From: a virus
Lineage: Duplodnaviria > Heunggongvirae > Uroviricota > Caudoviricetes
Reading direction: 5' to 3' (one strand)
Length of the DNA stretch: 64,000 nucleotides
Virus record (IMG/VR): IMGVR_UViG_3300018080_000104
Span: 3,454 to 67,453 of that record
Below are positions 26,485 through 36,610 of this stretch, piece by piece. Within the stretch, counting starts at the first letter, position 1. Each line of letters begins with the position of its first letter. The notes under the pieces were generated by a model. The model saw nothing but the letters and a program-made list of their open reading frames with translations, searched no databases and was not told the DNA's origin. Position numbers and translations under genes: made by a program.

Positions 26485-27878
26485 CGGGTATCCTCCTTAC
26501 TGATTTTGACGACCATAGAAGGTCGTTGCTCCCTGAGATCAGCCGCATCAATGCGCTTATGCAAGCGCATTACCTGCGGTCGAAATGCCACCGCGCCGTC
26601 GCCGGCGTCGTAGCCACTGGCCTCTACCACGGGGCCGAAATCCATGAAAATCTTTGGAATCCATTCCCCGGTCTGCGGATGCTTCGTACGCACTAGCCGG
26701 TTGTGCCGAAGCAACAGTCCCAAGTCCTGCCTCTTGGCAAGACATTCGCCCCCTACCAGCACGGCCTCGATTGTCGGTGCAGTCCGACAATCTTCGGTCG
26801 CAACATAGTCAGGCTTCTCGCTGTACGCGAGATACGGCTCGGCCAATACGAACGGGGTAGCAAACGCCAGCCGTTCGCGCGCATCTGCTCGCGCTTGGTA
26901 GTGCCGTATGAACTCCTCCTTGCGTTCACCTACCTTGTCGAGCGTTCCCGGCTCCGCCGCTTGCAGACCGGCCGCAATGTCCTCGATCGGCAGTCCGATC
27001 TTGGAGGCAATGGCAGTGATCGCCTTATTTTTTCGTGTAATCACTGCCTCTGCAATGATCGCCTCCACCATTTGGAGAGCGGCCACCAGTAAGTCGGTGC
27101 TCTCCAAATTCATCGCAGCGCCCCACAGCTCAGGATAAAATCCCTCCTGCAGGCCTGTCCGTGCGCGTTCCTGCGTGATTGACGCAATCATTCTTTCGAT
27201 TGCGCTTTCTGATTTTCCACGAGCCTTTAATGACTCGGCCAGCGCGGCCATGCTGCGCACAGCCGGACTTATCCATAAGTCCTTCGCAAACAGGCATCCT
27301 TGCCTGCCGCCTACCACAAACCCGTCTGTCGGGTTGATGGACGTGGTGTACATCCTGATAGGCACAGCGCCGTCCGCCGGCTGCATGACCAGCAAGGGCA
27401 CGGCATCCCTGCTTATCTGGCAGATATCAGTTATAAACTGATATCTCGGATGATATAACGCAGCCACCGTGCCGCATATATCATACTTTAACCGCCGCCC
27501 CGCTGGATCGATATCCAGCAGCGCGACGCGAACAGCCGCGACCCATTCCAAGAAGAGCCGCAAATGCTCTGGCAGCTCGCTAGCTGCCTTTGCGATAATC
27601 GGCCGGATGGCCAGCGGCTCCATACGCGGACGCCCAGCGGCCGCGGCAGCTTTATTATGTTCAAACATCGCCAACTGCATCGCTCTGATGCAGGAATTTG
27701 ACGATGTTGCTTTGATCGCCTCCTCCGACAATTTCGTCGAGGAGGCTTCAAAAACGTCATAGAAGTGCGAGGCCAGCCCGCACACTTCTTCGGCGTACTC
27801 TGCTTCCTGCTGTGGCTCCTCGGCCGCTTCAGCGGAAACCACAAGGGGCTGCTGCCCCAACGTCAACTCCGTAAGCAT
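26418..27878 (-). CDS. Hypothetical protein (~486 aa)
   Basis: AAGGAG RBS before MLTELTL. Confidence 0.8.
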   Translation of the reverse strand: MLTELTLGQQPLVVSAEAAEEPQQEAEYAEEVCGLASHFYDVFEASSTKLSEEAIKATSSNSCIRAMQLAMFEHNKAAAAAGRPRMEPLAIRPIIAKAASELPEHLRLFLEWVAAVRVALLDIDPAGRRLKYDICGTVAALYHPRYQFITDICQISRDAVPLLVMQPADGAVPIRMYTTSINPTDGFVVGGRQGCLFAKDLWISPAVRSMAALAESLKARGKSESAIERMIASITQERARTGLQEGFYPELWGAAMNLESTDLLVAALQMVEAIIAEAVITRKNKAITAIASKIGLPIEDIAAGLQAAEPGTLDKVGERKEEFIRHYQARADARERLAFATPFVLAEPYLAYSEKPDYVATEDCRTAPTIEAVLVGGECLAKRQDLGLLLRHNRLVRTKHPQTGEWIPKIFMDFGPVVEASGYDAGDGAVAFRPQVMRLHKRIDAADLREQRPSMVVKISKEDTRWKGKKTGKPTGKSSNSSTAST

Positions 27879-27882
27879 AAGC

Positions 27883-28083
27883 TTACTCCTTTTTTTGCGG
27901 CAAAAGCCCGTTGACCACACGGGTTTTTGCCTTCCACTCTGAAAATGGCACCACAAGCCTGGTCCGCGGCTTGGGGCCTGCCAGCACTACAACCATGTTG
28001 CCGGTCCTTTGTCCGGCTTTTGTTTCTGGCCAACGGTCATGGACACGCTGGCCATTATATATACGTATCTTGGCCATAGCCAA
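27883..28083 (-). CDS. Small basic hypothetical protein
   Basis: Tiling ORF downstream of promoter motif. Confidence 0.55.
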   Translation of the reverse strand: MAMAKIRIYNGQRVHDRWPETKAGQRTGNMVVVLAGPKPRTRLVVPFSEWKAKTRVVNGLLPQKKE

Positions 28084-28087
28084 ATAA

Positions 28088-28117
28088 AAAGTGCCAGAGT
28101 AATAACTCTGGCACTTT
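28088..28117 (-). terminator. Stem-loop/terminator overlapping promoter motif
   Basis: AAAGTGCCAGAGT/ACTCTGGCACTTT. Confidence 0.75.
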
Positions 28118-28145
28118 ATAATGCCGCCTTTTTTGCGTTGATTAA

Positions 28146-28688
28146 CTATGCTTCTTCGGTATTTTGCGCCGACTCATCTTCATCCGCATCGTCGTCTTCA
28201 GCTGCCTCTGCTGCAGCCGCTGCTGCAGCGGCTGCTGCATCTACACGGGCTATTGCCTCTGGAGTTACGTCCGATACACCCAGATCAACCAATCCGTCTT
28301 CAGCGGCCTCAGCTGGCATATCGCCCATAATGTCGTACAGCTTTTTGCCATCACTGAGCTGCCACAGCCGGCCTGTTAAAAGCCCCAGCCGCTTACCGTG
28401 AAACACAAACATATAGTGCGGACGCGGGCTGCCAGCAGTCTCGCTGATCGCAAGCCGGATAGCGTGTAATCTGCTGCACAGCGCATCCAGCCGCTGGAAA
28501 GCCTCGACAGTCGGGGCACCGTCGTAGGGAACCTGCACCAGATAGAATTGGTGCGAATGTGTCTCGCTGTGCGTCAGCGCAAATCTCAGGATATCGACCA
28601 GGCGGCGAAGTTGAACAGCGCCCTGTTCTAGTTCTTGTTTTTTCTTCACCGCTACAGCTGTTTCCTTGGCTTGTTTTTTATCACTCAT
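28146..28688 (-). CDS. Hypothetical protein with acidic tail
   Basis: ATGA overlap; RBS. Confidence 0.75.
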   Translation of the reverse strand: MSDKKQAKETAVAVKKKQELEQGAVQLRRLVDILRFALTHSETHSHQFYLVQVPYDGAPTVEAFQRLDALCSRLHAIRLAISETAGSPRPHYMFVFHGKRLGLLTGRLWQLSDGKKLYDIMGDMPAEAAEDGLVDLGVSDVTPEAIARVDAAAAAAAAAAEAAEDDDADEDESAQNTEEA

Positions 28689-29011
28689 TGTTTCTTATCC
28701 TTCTTGGTCAGTGGACCCGGTTCGAGACTGTCAAATTTCGGCTGTATGCGTTCCAGCGGCAGATCGCATTGGTAAGTTTTAGCAATGCCGTCGTTAGCGC
28801 CCAATCGCAGCAGCTGTCTGACTTGTCTGCCTTTGTCATTTGTGGCAGCCACACGTGCTGCAACTTGACTTTGCTGGCCTTTGTAGAAATAGGGCTCGAT
28901 GATAATCGTGGCGCCGGCGTGTTTCTTATCAGACGCCAACACTTCGCCTTTATCGTCCACGATTTTCCAAGTTCCTTCTATGGCCGTCGGTAAATCTATA
29001 TGGAATTGCAT
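28685..29011 (-). CDS. Hypothetical protein
   Basis: Tiling ORF with AAGGA. Confidence 0.7.
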   Translation of the reverse strand: MQFHIDLPTAIEGTWKIVDDKGEVLASDKKHAGATIIIEPYFYKGQQSQVAARVAATNDKGRQVRQLLRLGANDGIAKTYQCDLPLERIQPKFDSLEPGPLTKKDKKQ

Positions 29012-29711
29012 CGATCACATCCTTTCCAGTTATTTGCTGATATGCATCCAAATGCGCTCGGAATGCTGAATTATGCCGATGTTGCAGTTCGCTGAAATCG
29101 CCGCTGAGCACTGCCCGCCCCATTGCGATGGTTTCCGGTCGGGGCGCCATTTGTACCATCCGCAGCGGAGCTGTTGGCGACGCTGCCGGACGGACTTCCC
29201 AACGCTGTTTATTGCCGTCAATGCAGAATACCGTTAATTTGATTGTCGGTATGTCTACAGTTAAAATACCGTGCCGCTCTAGCAGGACTGGATCCGGTAT
29301 ATCCAGCTCGCCGGAAAATGGCTGGCAAAATGATTTCTGCTTGTAATCTACGCTGCACGCGCCGCCCAGAAATTCAAACAATGCCGGCCACAGCTCTTTG
29401 CGCACGCCACAGACCACGTTTCCCCACGTAATGTTGCCCAGCCCCGGAATCGGACATAGTCCTTCGATGATCGGCCTTACAAACGGTTGCAACAACAGCT
29501 GTGTACCAATCGGCTGACTCTCGTACCAATCGCCCACTGGATCTTCGTACGGATACGCGAAACCGGCATAGCTAAAAAAAGCGCCGTGATTGAAAAAATG
29601 CCACTCTTCAGCGTATTCGGAGAGCGCAAAACGGGCTGCCTGTGTTTCAGGCTGGCCCGTTGAGCGCTGCTCTTGCCACTCTTCGCCGGTCGGTTTGATG
29701 ATGTTTGCCAT
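28950..29711 (-). CDS. Hypothetical protein
   Basis: Long ORF; start MANIIK immediately after tRNA-like element. Confidence 0.7.
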   Translation of the reverse strand: MANIIKPTGEEWQEQRSTGQPETQAARFALSEYAEEWHFFNHGAFFSYAGFAYPYEDPVGDWYESQPIGTQLLLQPFVRPIIEGLCPIPGLGNITWGNVVCGVRKELWPALFEFLGGACSVDYKQKSFCQPFSGELDIPDPVLLERHGILTVDIPTIKLTVFCIDGNKQRWEVRPAASPTAPLRMVQMAPRPETIAMGRAVLSGDFSELQHRHNSAFRAHLDAYQQITGKDVIDAIPYRFTDGHRRNLENRGR

Positions 29712-29712
29712 A

Positions 29713-29781
29713 AAACGGCCTGCGGGATTCGAACCCGTGCCGGGGTTCATGAGCCCCAGCCGCACCTAGAACTCAGCCGTC
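29713..29781 (-). tRNA. Degenerate tRNA-Met-like element with 8-nt loop CUCAUGAA and reduced D arm
   Basis: GACGGCT/GGCCGTT acceptor; GCTGGGG/CCCCGGC stem; CGGG-TTCGAAT-CCCG T arm. Confidence 0.6.
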
Positions 29782-29887
29782 CAGTCGCCGGAGCCGACTA
29801 TGCGGGACCGACCTCGAGATCGCCGGTAGTCGGCCACGCGTTACTAACTGTCAGTCCAATATACAATACGGGCATCCGAGAAGCAAG

Positions 29888-30532
29888 TCACGGATTTACT
29901 GCTACTCTCCGACAGAATCTCGTCGGTGTATATATACCCGGGTGCTTTCGGTCGCTGAAATTTGCAGGCACTATGTTCATACTGTCGGCAGTCTCTATTT
30001 GTCCTGCTGCTGCAGCCTTAAGCTTATTATCGCAGTAAATCTGCAGGGCAGCAGGATTACTACTAATAACGTCGATCTGCACAGCCTTTGCCAAATCGAC
30101 CATTCCAGTCTTGTCGAGTCCCGAAGTATGCACCACGCTGAAAGTTCGCTTGGAATCGGATATAAACAACCTAAAGACCCAGTCGCGAAACGCCAACGGA
30201 TGCGGATAAGGCGCAGTCTGTCGCCAGTTCAGCGGAGTAAAATATTTTATCGAATCCGATAACGGCAACAGTTCTACATACACCGTAAACACAGCACTAC
30301 CAAAAACAGCATGCCCCATCAGCCGGCGATTCGGCACGTCGAAATCCCATCTATATATGATTGTAGGCTCATGTGTGTGCCGCATCCGCTTTGCTAGGCT
30401 CGCAAAATATGCTTCCATGCACTCTGCATGCACTACTCCGCCAGTATTTGTAGTCCCTCGTGTATGAAAATAAGCGTAGTCACCTATTTTATTGGTACAA
30501 GAACTGCATCTCCAATCTCTCCAGCCGTTCAT
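29888..30532 (-). CDS. Hypothetical protein with N-terminal Zn-binding motif
   Basis: CSSC..H..C; ATGA overlap. Confidence 0.65.
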   Translation of the reverse strand: MNGWRDWRCSSCTNKIGDYAYFHTRGTTNTGGVVHAECMEAYFASLAKRMRHTHEPTIIYRWDFDVPNRRLMGHAVFGSAVFTVYVELLPLSDSIKYFTPLNWRQTAPYPHPLAFRDWVFRLFISDSKRTFSVVHTSGLDKTGMVDLAKAVQIDVISSNPAALQIYCDNKLKAAAAGQIETADSMNIVPANFSDRKHPGIYTPTRFCRRVAVNP

Positions 30533-31149
30533 TCGAAACCTTTGGAATACTGTTCCAAGATCATAGCACAGACATGCATGGCGTCTGCAATATTATCTGC
30601 GCCAGTGCTTTTATAATCCGATGGGTTGAGGCGCACACCGTATGCTTCGTTAGCTGCCTTAATCATGGCTTCCTTGTCTGCAACGCCTTTGCCCGTTGCA
30701 TATTTTTTGATTTCGCCAATACCGTATCCTTGTGCAGGGATTCCGCGCTCTTCGGCCCACGTCGTTACCGTGACCTTGAACGCGCCCAGCAGCTCAGCCG
30801 GCTTGGCTACTCTGGCAACAATTACGCCGACTGGCTTGCCCTGCAGCGACTGTGAATCGGGCGTAAAACGCACGTCTTCGTAGCCGATGATATCTGGCTG
30901 CAATATCGATAGAAACTGCTTCAGCCTGATCATCCGCAACGGTCCAGTATCATAGTCCCCCAACAATTTGAGAATCCATTGTCCAGCAAACAACTTAATT
31001 TTGCTGGATTGTCCAGGTTTGAAATCTGCCCACGCCACGCCACAGTTGTTGCCTAAATCGAGTCCTAGCGCGCGGTAATATCCTGCAGCTTTACCTGATA
31101 CCTCCTTAGCAAACGCCTGCGGATCCTTCGTACTCATGAGTTTACTCAT
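30529..31149 (-). CDS. ruvC: RuvC-like Holliday junction resolvase
   Basis: LGLDLG, GYEDV, IKKYATGKGVADKEAM, DNIADA. Confidence 0.88.
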   Translation of the reverse strand: MSKLMSTKDPQAFAKEVSGKAAGYYRALGLDLGNNCGVAWADFKPGQSSKIKLFAGQWILKLLGDYDTGPLRMIRLKQFLSILQPDIIGYEDVRFTPDSQSLQGKPVGVIVARVAKPAELLGAFKVTVTTWAEERGIPAQGYGIGEIKKYATGKGVADKEAMIKAANEAYGVRLNPSDYKSTGADNIADAMHVCAMILEQYSKGFE

Positions 31150-32014
31150 AAGGCATTACCACCTCGTTGTCATCGTTGTGAAACTGGTCGATTAGCTCGG
31201 CTAGTCGTCGATGCTCTTCGACTAGATAATGCAACACCAGCGAATCAGTTCCAGATTTGTGCATATCGCCGGGCACTACATTAGCCTTGCGAAGCAAGCC
31301 GTATTTGGTATCGCAGTGGTGGTCTAAATTCCACTTAATCGGTGCTCTGATGCTGTAGATGCGCCTGGCCCAATCCTGCATACTTTCATCTACCATCGGC
31401 AGTGGCGAATAGACTTCTGGCAGCTGACTCGCCTTTTCGATAATGCCGCTGTCATAGACCAGGTTTGGATGGAACTCCCACTTGACTCGTAGCCAGTTAT
31501 GGAAAGCCGCTTTCATGAACTCGACATCGAAGGCCCAGCCATTGTGCAATACCAGAATCTCTTGATTGTTCTCCGCCGTCTCGACAAGCGTGAGCAGATC
31601 TTCCAGCGCCTGGATAGCGTCAATGCCGTAGCGTCGCAAATACTCGTAAGTATGGTGAAGCACTTTTCCTTGCAATTTCATGGCTCGAGCAGCCCGCTGC
31701 AGATCCCGCTGTAACTCCAGCTGATCGACATCGGGATGCTTGGTCCAATCTAGTATAACTTCCCGCGTTTCGATCGGCTGGCGATCTCGTACAACGGTGT
31801 AACCGTACGTACATGTCAATTGTACCTCCGGATTCAGCCCAGACGTCTCCAAATCGAGCGTCGTATAGTTGTCCGGAAAATTAAATCGACGCGCGAACTG
31901 CCTAAACCAGTGCTCTGCCATATGTGCCACCAACTTTAATTCTCGTGTTACGAGCTGCGGTTTTTGTCGTTTATGTCTGTGGGGGCTGCCTATTGGCATT
32001 CTCGCTGTTTGCAT
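31142..32014 (-). CDS. DEDDh 3'-5' exonuclease (DnaQ-like)
   Basis: LDLETSG, HNGWAFD, H....D. Confidence 0.85.
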   Translation of the reverse strand: MQTARMPIGSPHRHKRQKPQLVTRELKLVAHMAEHWFRQFARRFNFPDNYTTLDLETSGLNPEVQLTCTYGYTVVRDRQPIETREVILDWTKHPDVDQLELQRDLQRAARAMKLQGKVLHHTYEYLRRYGIDAIQALEDLLTLVETAENNQEILVLHNGWAFDVEFMKAAFHNWLRVKWEFHPNLVYDSGIIEKASQLPEVYSPLPMVDESMQDWARRIYSIRAPIKWNLDHHCDTKYGLLRKANVVPGDMHKSGTDSLVLHYLVEEHRRLAELIDQFHNDDNEVVMPYE

Positions 32015-32450
32015 TCAATTGTCTCTCAATGTCCTCAAGTAACTCTTTGAATACCAACGGAGGTGCTGAATCCGGCGCCCGCTGGTCTTTAATTCCAGCC
32101 CAAATAGCCGCAAGCATTACACGGCCAATTTCCACGTAGAAAGGAACCTGCATAGTCGGCGGCAATTCCGAAAAGCCCGACTCCTGCATTGCCTCGTCCG
32201 GATTCTTCATCTGCACGACCATATTCAGCGCCTCGGCAAATTTGGCCGCCGCCGATACCATATCTTCGTATGTCCAACCGTGAGCATCGAAATATGGCTT
32301 GAACCATATATCCCAATGCTCTTCACTGTCTAGCTGCACCATTGCCGCGTGAATCATTCTAGCGCCGATAACCGCAACGTCTCGCATCGGATTATAAAAA
32401 CTCTGGCGGGCATTGAAATTAGGATCCATCGGGCGTAGTTGTAATCCCAT
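31971..32450 (-). CDS. Hypothetical protein
   Basis: AAGGA RBS before MGLQLRP. Confidence 0.7.
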   Translation of the reverse strand: MGLQLRPMDPNFNARQSFYNPMRDVAVIGARMIHAAMVQLDSEEHWDIWFKPYFDAHGWTYEDMVSAAAKFAEALNMVVQMKNPDEAMQESGFSELPPTMQVPFYVEIGRVMLAAIWAGIKDQRAPDSAPPLVFKELLEDIERQLNANSENANRQPPQT

Positions 32451-33240
32451 TGCTAGTTCCTTGTAAACGGATTGTTTTGGGATGGGTGGCAGCCGAACAT
32501 TCTGCATAACCTATTGGACACTCAAAACACGGATGAGTGAAATTATTGGGACACTTCCAGTTAACGCGAAAACGCTGACGGATTATGCCGCGGTTCCATT
32601 TTAGCAGTGAATTTGTCACAAACACTTCACGAAACCCCGGCTTGTTGAGCTTGCATTCTTGGGGATCGATCAGTCCGAGTAGCCGCAAATTTACAAGTTC
32701 ATCGAGTCTGCGGAACGGATATTGCCGCCACCGCGCCGTAAAGCCGACGCGCCTGGCTAGCACTCCGCAAAATTCAGTAGACCAAAATGTGCGTATGGTT
32801 AACGGACAAGGAGTACCGGCCAGAACGCGCAGATAAAACATGCCGCCATAACGACCGCCCTGTGTTCTGTGTGGATCATACTGTCGCACCTGTAACGGCA
32901 CCCACTCGCGATATTCCTGACTATCCCATGGAGGCACAGCAATGCCGTCTTGCAGCCGTTCTATGTTGGCTGCCAATCGCCACGCTGTTCGCTCAATGAC
33001 TACCGGCGTTAGCATGATTCCTGCCAGATCATGTACACTATCGAAAATTACCTGCTGTGTAACATTCGGCAAAGCGTCGACAATGTTATAGACAAATTGT
33101 TGGAACCGCCTGCCTTTTGCCACTGTATTGTAAAACGGCAGTAACGCCCAGTCTGCCAGTTTGCGTCTGAGCCTATCGTACCGCTTTAGGCTAAATCGCG
33201 GTACGGGGACACCAGATGTATTTTGACCGGCTGTAGCCAT
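32419..33240 (-). CDS. Hypothetical protein with C-terminal Cys cluster
   Basis: CP....PCFECPIG...C. Confidence 0.75.
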   Translation of the reverse strand: MATAGQNTSGVPVPRFSLKRYDRLRRKLADWALLPFYNTVAKGRRFQQFVYNIVDALPNVTQQVIFDSVHDLAGIMLTPVVIERTAWRLAANIERLQDGIAVPPWDSQEYREWVPLQVRQYDPHRTQGGRYGGMFYLRVLAGTPCPLTIRTFWSTEFCGVLARRVGFTARWRQYPFRRLDELVNLRLLGLIDPQECKLNKPGFREVFVTNSLLKWNRGIIRQRFRVNWKCPNNFTHPCFECPIGYAECSAATHPKTIRLQGTSNGITTTPDGS

Positions 33241-33245
33241 GTCAT

Positions 33246-33809
33246 TTATACAGACTGCGCCGCTTTGGCCTGCGCAATGATACCCTGTGCGCCGGACGTC
33301 AGTCTATGCGACGTGTTCCAGGCAGCTATTAGCCTCGTTCCGACGTCGTTGGCTATTGCCGTAAACATGGCATGAAAAGTCGGCAGCAATTCCGACGACA
33401 GGACGTTCATGTCCAGCTTGTATTCGCCGGGGCTCTCGCAATCAGTTACCGGATAGTGGAAAGTCACAAACGGCAGATCGCCAACAGCGGCATCGGGATC
33501 AGTTGTTTTGATTTCCAGCTGCTGCAACACCTTCCGAAAGTAACGGAATGCATCAGTCTGCCGCTGTACGTCGATGTTGGCGCTGATCAGTCCAGTGGCG
33601 TATTCGTCCAACGTCGGCAATCTCGGCGGCGGCGTTTCTTCTGCTGCAGGCGGTGGAGCTGGCTGCGTTGGCGGCTGCGCTGGCGGCTGCGCTGGCGGCT
33701 GTTGCTGTGGCGCGGCTGTTGCAGGTTGGCTTGGCGCTTGTTCGGCAACACCAACTTGCTGTCCGAGCCTGATTCCCTGTAGACCCAAAGGCTGTAACGG
33801 CTGACCCAT
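33246..33809 (-). CDS. Hypothetical protein
   Basis: AGGAG RBS. Confidence 0.75.
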   Translation of the reverse strand: MGQPLQPLGLQGIRLGQQVGVAEQAPSQPATAAPQQQPPAQPPAQPPTQPAPPPAAEETPPPRLPTLDEYATGLISANIDVQRQTDAFRYFRKVLQQLEIKTTDPDAAVGDLPFVTFHYPVTDCESPGEYKLDMNVLSSELLPTFHAMFTAIANDVGTRLIAAWNTSHRLTSGAQGIIAQAKAAQSV

Positions 33810-33818
33810 AATAATCTC

Positions 33819-34223
33819 CTATCTAATTCTAGCGGCAAACCCTAACCAATAGCGTAACGCGTGTGTCGTTGGTCGCAAATCCTCAATAGGCATACCCATA
33901 ACGATATGGGTACGCACAGCATCGCAATATCGTTGTCCAAACCGCTGCCCCAAGTCAAACGCGACAACGAATAGTTTAGACAGGTCGAATGGCTCTTCGA
34001 GATTTATACCCACGCTGCTATATGGACATAGCGGAATCCGCATTAGATCGCCGCTTCTGATTAGTGTCCAATCTTGCTGGGAGTGGTTTTCATTGGCAAA
34101 ATCCAAAGGCGTAGCTCGCACATGCCAGATTTCGTTGCGCTTTCGCTCAAACGGCTGCTCTGGAATACGGCGATTCTCGACGAACCGCGTAATATTCATG
34201 AATTCGACTGTATGCTGCGTCAT
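33819..34223 (-). CDS. Hypothetical protein
   Basis: Tiling ORF. Confidence 0.7.
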   Translation of the reverse strand: MTQHTVEFMNITRFVENRRIPEQPFERKRNEIWHVRATPLDFANENHSQQDWTLIRSGDLMRIPLCPYSSVGINLEEPFDLSKLFVVAFDLGQRFGQRYCDAVRTHIVMGMPIEDLRPTTHALRYWLGFAARIR

Positions 34224-34235
34224 GCAGATTCTCTT

Positions 34236-34970
34236 TCATGTATTTGGCGAATATGTACGGCGATAGTCGCTGCCGCACCTAGCCGTCTTGCCCGAAGCTC
34301 CTCGCCGTTTGGCTTTCGAACACTGGCCTTTATCGTTGGCGTTGATAGCTACGCCCTTTTGCCAGCTCCGTATACGATATCCTTGTTGATGGCACAATGC
34401 TCCAAGCATAACATCTCCGCCGTCGTGTTGCAACTCTTGGATAGGCCAAGCGTGTTTTTTGAGGATTTCTGTCCGTATAGTCCACCAGCCGCCAGTAATA
34501 AACTTGATAGTGCCCGGTACAGCCAGCCCTGAATACCACGGCTGATCTTCTACGAAGTGCCGCTGATGCACCGTCATATGCGGCCACAAATAAAGGGCTC
34601 CAAGCATATCTGTGCCGGACATCGCGCTGAAAATCTTGGCAAAAAAACCACCATCGTCGCTGTCTGGCAAAAGCCAGCTATCATCGTCAAACCACATTGT
34701 ATACGGTGACTCAATCTGTATTTTGTGGAACAGCTGCCGCATCATTGGATATTTGTAATAGGGCGGCGATCCTGTCATAATTGTCATGGGCATCCTTGCG
34801 GAATACCTGTTTACCGCGTCTAATGTGGCTTGAGATACAGCATTCAAGCCCAGCCGCAAATCGAAATAGCCCCATCTTTCTTGATCGTGCAGCGATCGCA
34901 ATAGCCGTTCAGCCAGTTTAGGATAGTCTCCAAACAGAAGACAACAAACTGTGAACGGCTTTGCGATCAT
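34236..34970 (-). CDS. GT-A fold glycosyltransferase-like protein
   Basis: YTMWFDDDS (DxD), FITGGWW..R, GGDV.LG. Confidence 0.7.
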   Translation of the reverse strand: MIAKPFTVCCLLFGDYPKLAERLLRSLHDQERWGYFDLRLGLNAVSQATLDAVNRYSARMPMTIMTGSPPYYKYPMMRQLFHKIQIESPYTMWFDDDSWLLPDSDDGGFFAKIFSAMSGTDMLGALYLWPHMTVHQRHFVEDQPWYSGLAVPGTIKFITGGWWTIRTEILKKHAWPIQELQHDGGDVMLGALCHQQGYRIRSWQKGVAINANDKGQCSKAKRRGASGKTARCGSDYRRTYSPNT

Positions 34971-35239
34971 TTCTTGATCCTCTTCTTTTCAGCGTATTTC
35001 TTGTTTGCCTGGTCCAGCCGGAACGCAGCTCCGTCGAACCATTTTGCGAGTTTACGACACTGTGCAGCATTGAGATCTATCATACCGAAAGCGTCGCAGG
35101 TAACTGTATCACAATGATCGCCATTTGCGTCAATTGTTGCTATAACGTCAAATCGCATCCAGCTGTCGTCTACTTGGCTTCCAGTTTCGTAGCCAATTGA
35201 CCATGCCGAGTTTACGTATAGTCTCGCTCGTTCAAGCAT
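34967..35239 (-). CDS. Hypothetical protein
   Basis: AGGAG RBS; ATGA overlap. Confidence 0.65.
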   Translation of the reverse strand: MLERARLYVNSAWSIGYETGSQVDDSWMRFDVIATIDANGDHCDTVTCDAFGMIDLNAAQCRKLAKWFDGAAFRLDQANKKYAEKKRIKK

Positions 35240-35642
35240 CTACTGTCTCCTGCAACAGCGGACACCTCCTTTTGGCATCCGCATAAGTCTGGATCTCCGG
35301 ATCAGCGCGACAATGCCCAAATTTATTGTCGGCGCCGGCTACATAGTCTCGACACTTCCAGCACAATGGTATCGTCTCGCATGTAAAACCTTTGCACATG
35401 TCCGGCTTAGCAATATCATGTATAGCACACAAATTATCGTCAGTCAAAAATACGCAATGGGGTTTTTCTTCTGCGGTATCGGCCCAGAACTTCCGCATGT
35501 TCCTAACAAGCACACGCAGCCATTCTGGCGCAGTAGCGTCGGCGCCATACGCGTCTAGCAAAGGCGGAATGGCGCCGTTATTGCGACAACAATCGCCGCA
35601 TTTTTTACAGACAAACTCAGTTTGGTCGTTTGGTGCCGACAC
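35232..35642 (-). CDS. YkgJ-type Cys-cluster (Zn/Fe-S) protein
   Basis: FVCKKCGDCC, CVFL....CAIH..KP.MC. Confidence 0.8.
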   Translation of the reverse strand: MSAPNDQTEFVCKKCGDCCRNNGAIPPLLDAYGADATAPEWLRVLVRNMRKFWADTAEEKPHCVFLTDDNLCAIHDIAKPDMCKGFTCETIPLCWKCRDYVAGADNKFGHCRADPEIQTYADAKRRCPLLQETVDA

Positions 35643-36600
35643 GCCCTGCTCTCCTTTTTGCTGCTGCTTTCTTCTTTTCCGCTGCGGCAGCGCGTTTTGC
35701 CCGCGCTGCTGCATTGCGCATTGCGCCTAGATTGACACAATCGGCATCTTCGTTTTCCTCGGCATCGAGCTGTCCTATTGCCTTTAGCCGCTCATGCAAC
35801 GCTTTGCTCACATCATCCAATAATGCCAGTCCCGAACTGACCCGCAGCCGCAATTGCTGCAACATGGCACGAGCATCGTCTACTGCGGATGCCAACAACG
35901 GCTTCAGCTTGTTAGCTGGAATTGCTTCTACTTCTTTGGCTAAATCATACGCGTCACCGGTCCAAGCATTGTCGTATTTGTTGACGAACTGGAAAGCTTG
36001 AACACGGATGTTCGCAGCACAATGCAACGGACTGCGCGGCGGTTTCGGCGCCGCTCCGGGGCTTCTGGCCTTCGTCGATTTGCCGGAATGGATAATGCTT
36101 TGCAACGTCTTCGTATCCCATCGTTCTTTTAATGCGCGCACAGCTAGCTTTTGCCTTTCGTTTTTATCGTTTACTTTTGCTAATGCTATCATATGCCCTA
36201 CATACAGGCGAATATTTGCTTCGCCGGCCATTCGCTGCAGTTCTTGATATTTGGCCTTGGTAGGCCAGCACTTATAGATGGTTACGCAGTTACTCAGCGT
36301 CGAATGCGATTTGAATCCGAGCGCAGCCGACATGATCCCGACCAAGTGTGCGCCGTACTGGCAATACTTGCCGTTATCCTTTTTGGCTGCCGATTCTTTC
36401 ATCGCTTTGGCCAGGTCTCGTCCAGTTTCCCAGTAGAATTCGAGCTCATGGCCCAGCTGCCGATCGACGTTCTGCTTGAGCTTCTTGTAAAGCTTAACGC
36501 CTTCGGCCGTAAGTAACGCTATCGCCTGTTCCGGCGATAATTCTGCCAATACCAGTTTGGTTTCTGACTCCTGCGGTGTAGTTTTAACCAACGCGCCCAT
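35617..36600 (-). CDS. Hypothetical basic helical protein
   Basis: AAGGAG RBS; 327 aa. Confidence 0.8.
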   Translation of the reverse strand: MGALVKTTPQESETKLVLAELSPEQAIALLTAEGVKLYKKLKQNVDRQLGHELEFYWETGRDLAKAMKESAAKKDNGKYCQYGAHLVGIMSAALGFKSHSTLSNCVTIYKCWPTKAKYQELQRMAGEANIRLYVGHMIALAKVNDKNERQKLAVRALKERWDTKTLQSIIHSGKSTKARSPGAAPKPPRSPLHCAANIRVQAFQFVNKYDNAWTGDAYDLAKEVEAIPANKLKPLLASAVDDARAMLQQLRLRVSSGLALLDDVSKALHERLKAIGQLDAEENEDADCVNLGAMRNAAARAKRAAAAEKKKAAAKRRAGRVGTKRPN

Positions 36601-36610
36601 AACTTTCTCC

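Noticed and set aside
29568-29600. Another ATAGCTAAAAAAA terminator motif
   Set aside because: Inside a CDS with no adjacent hairpin
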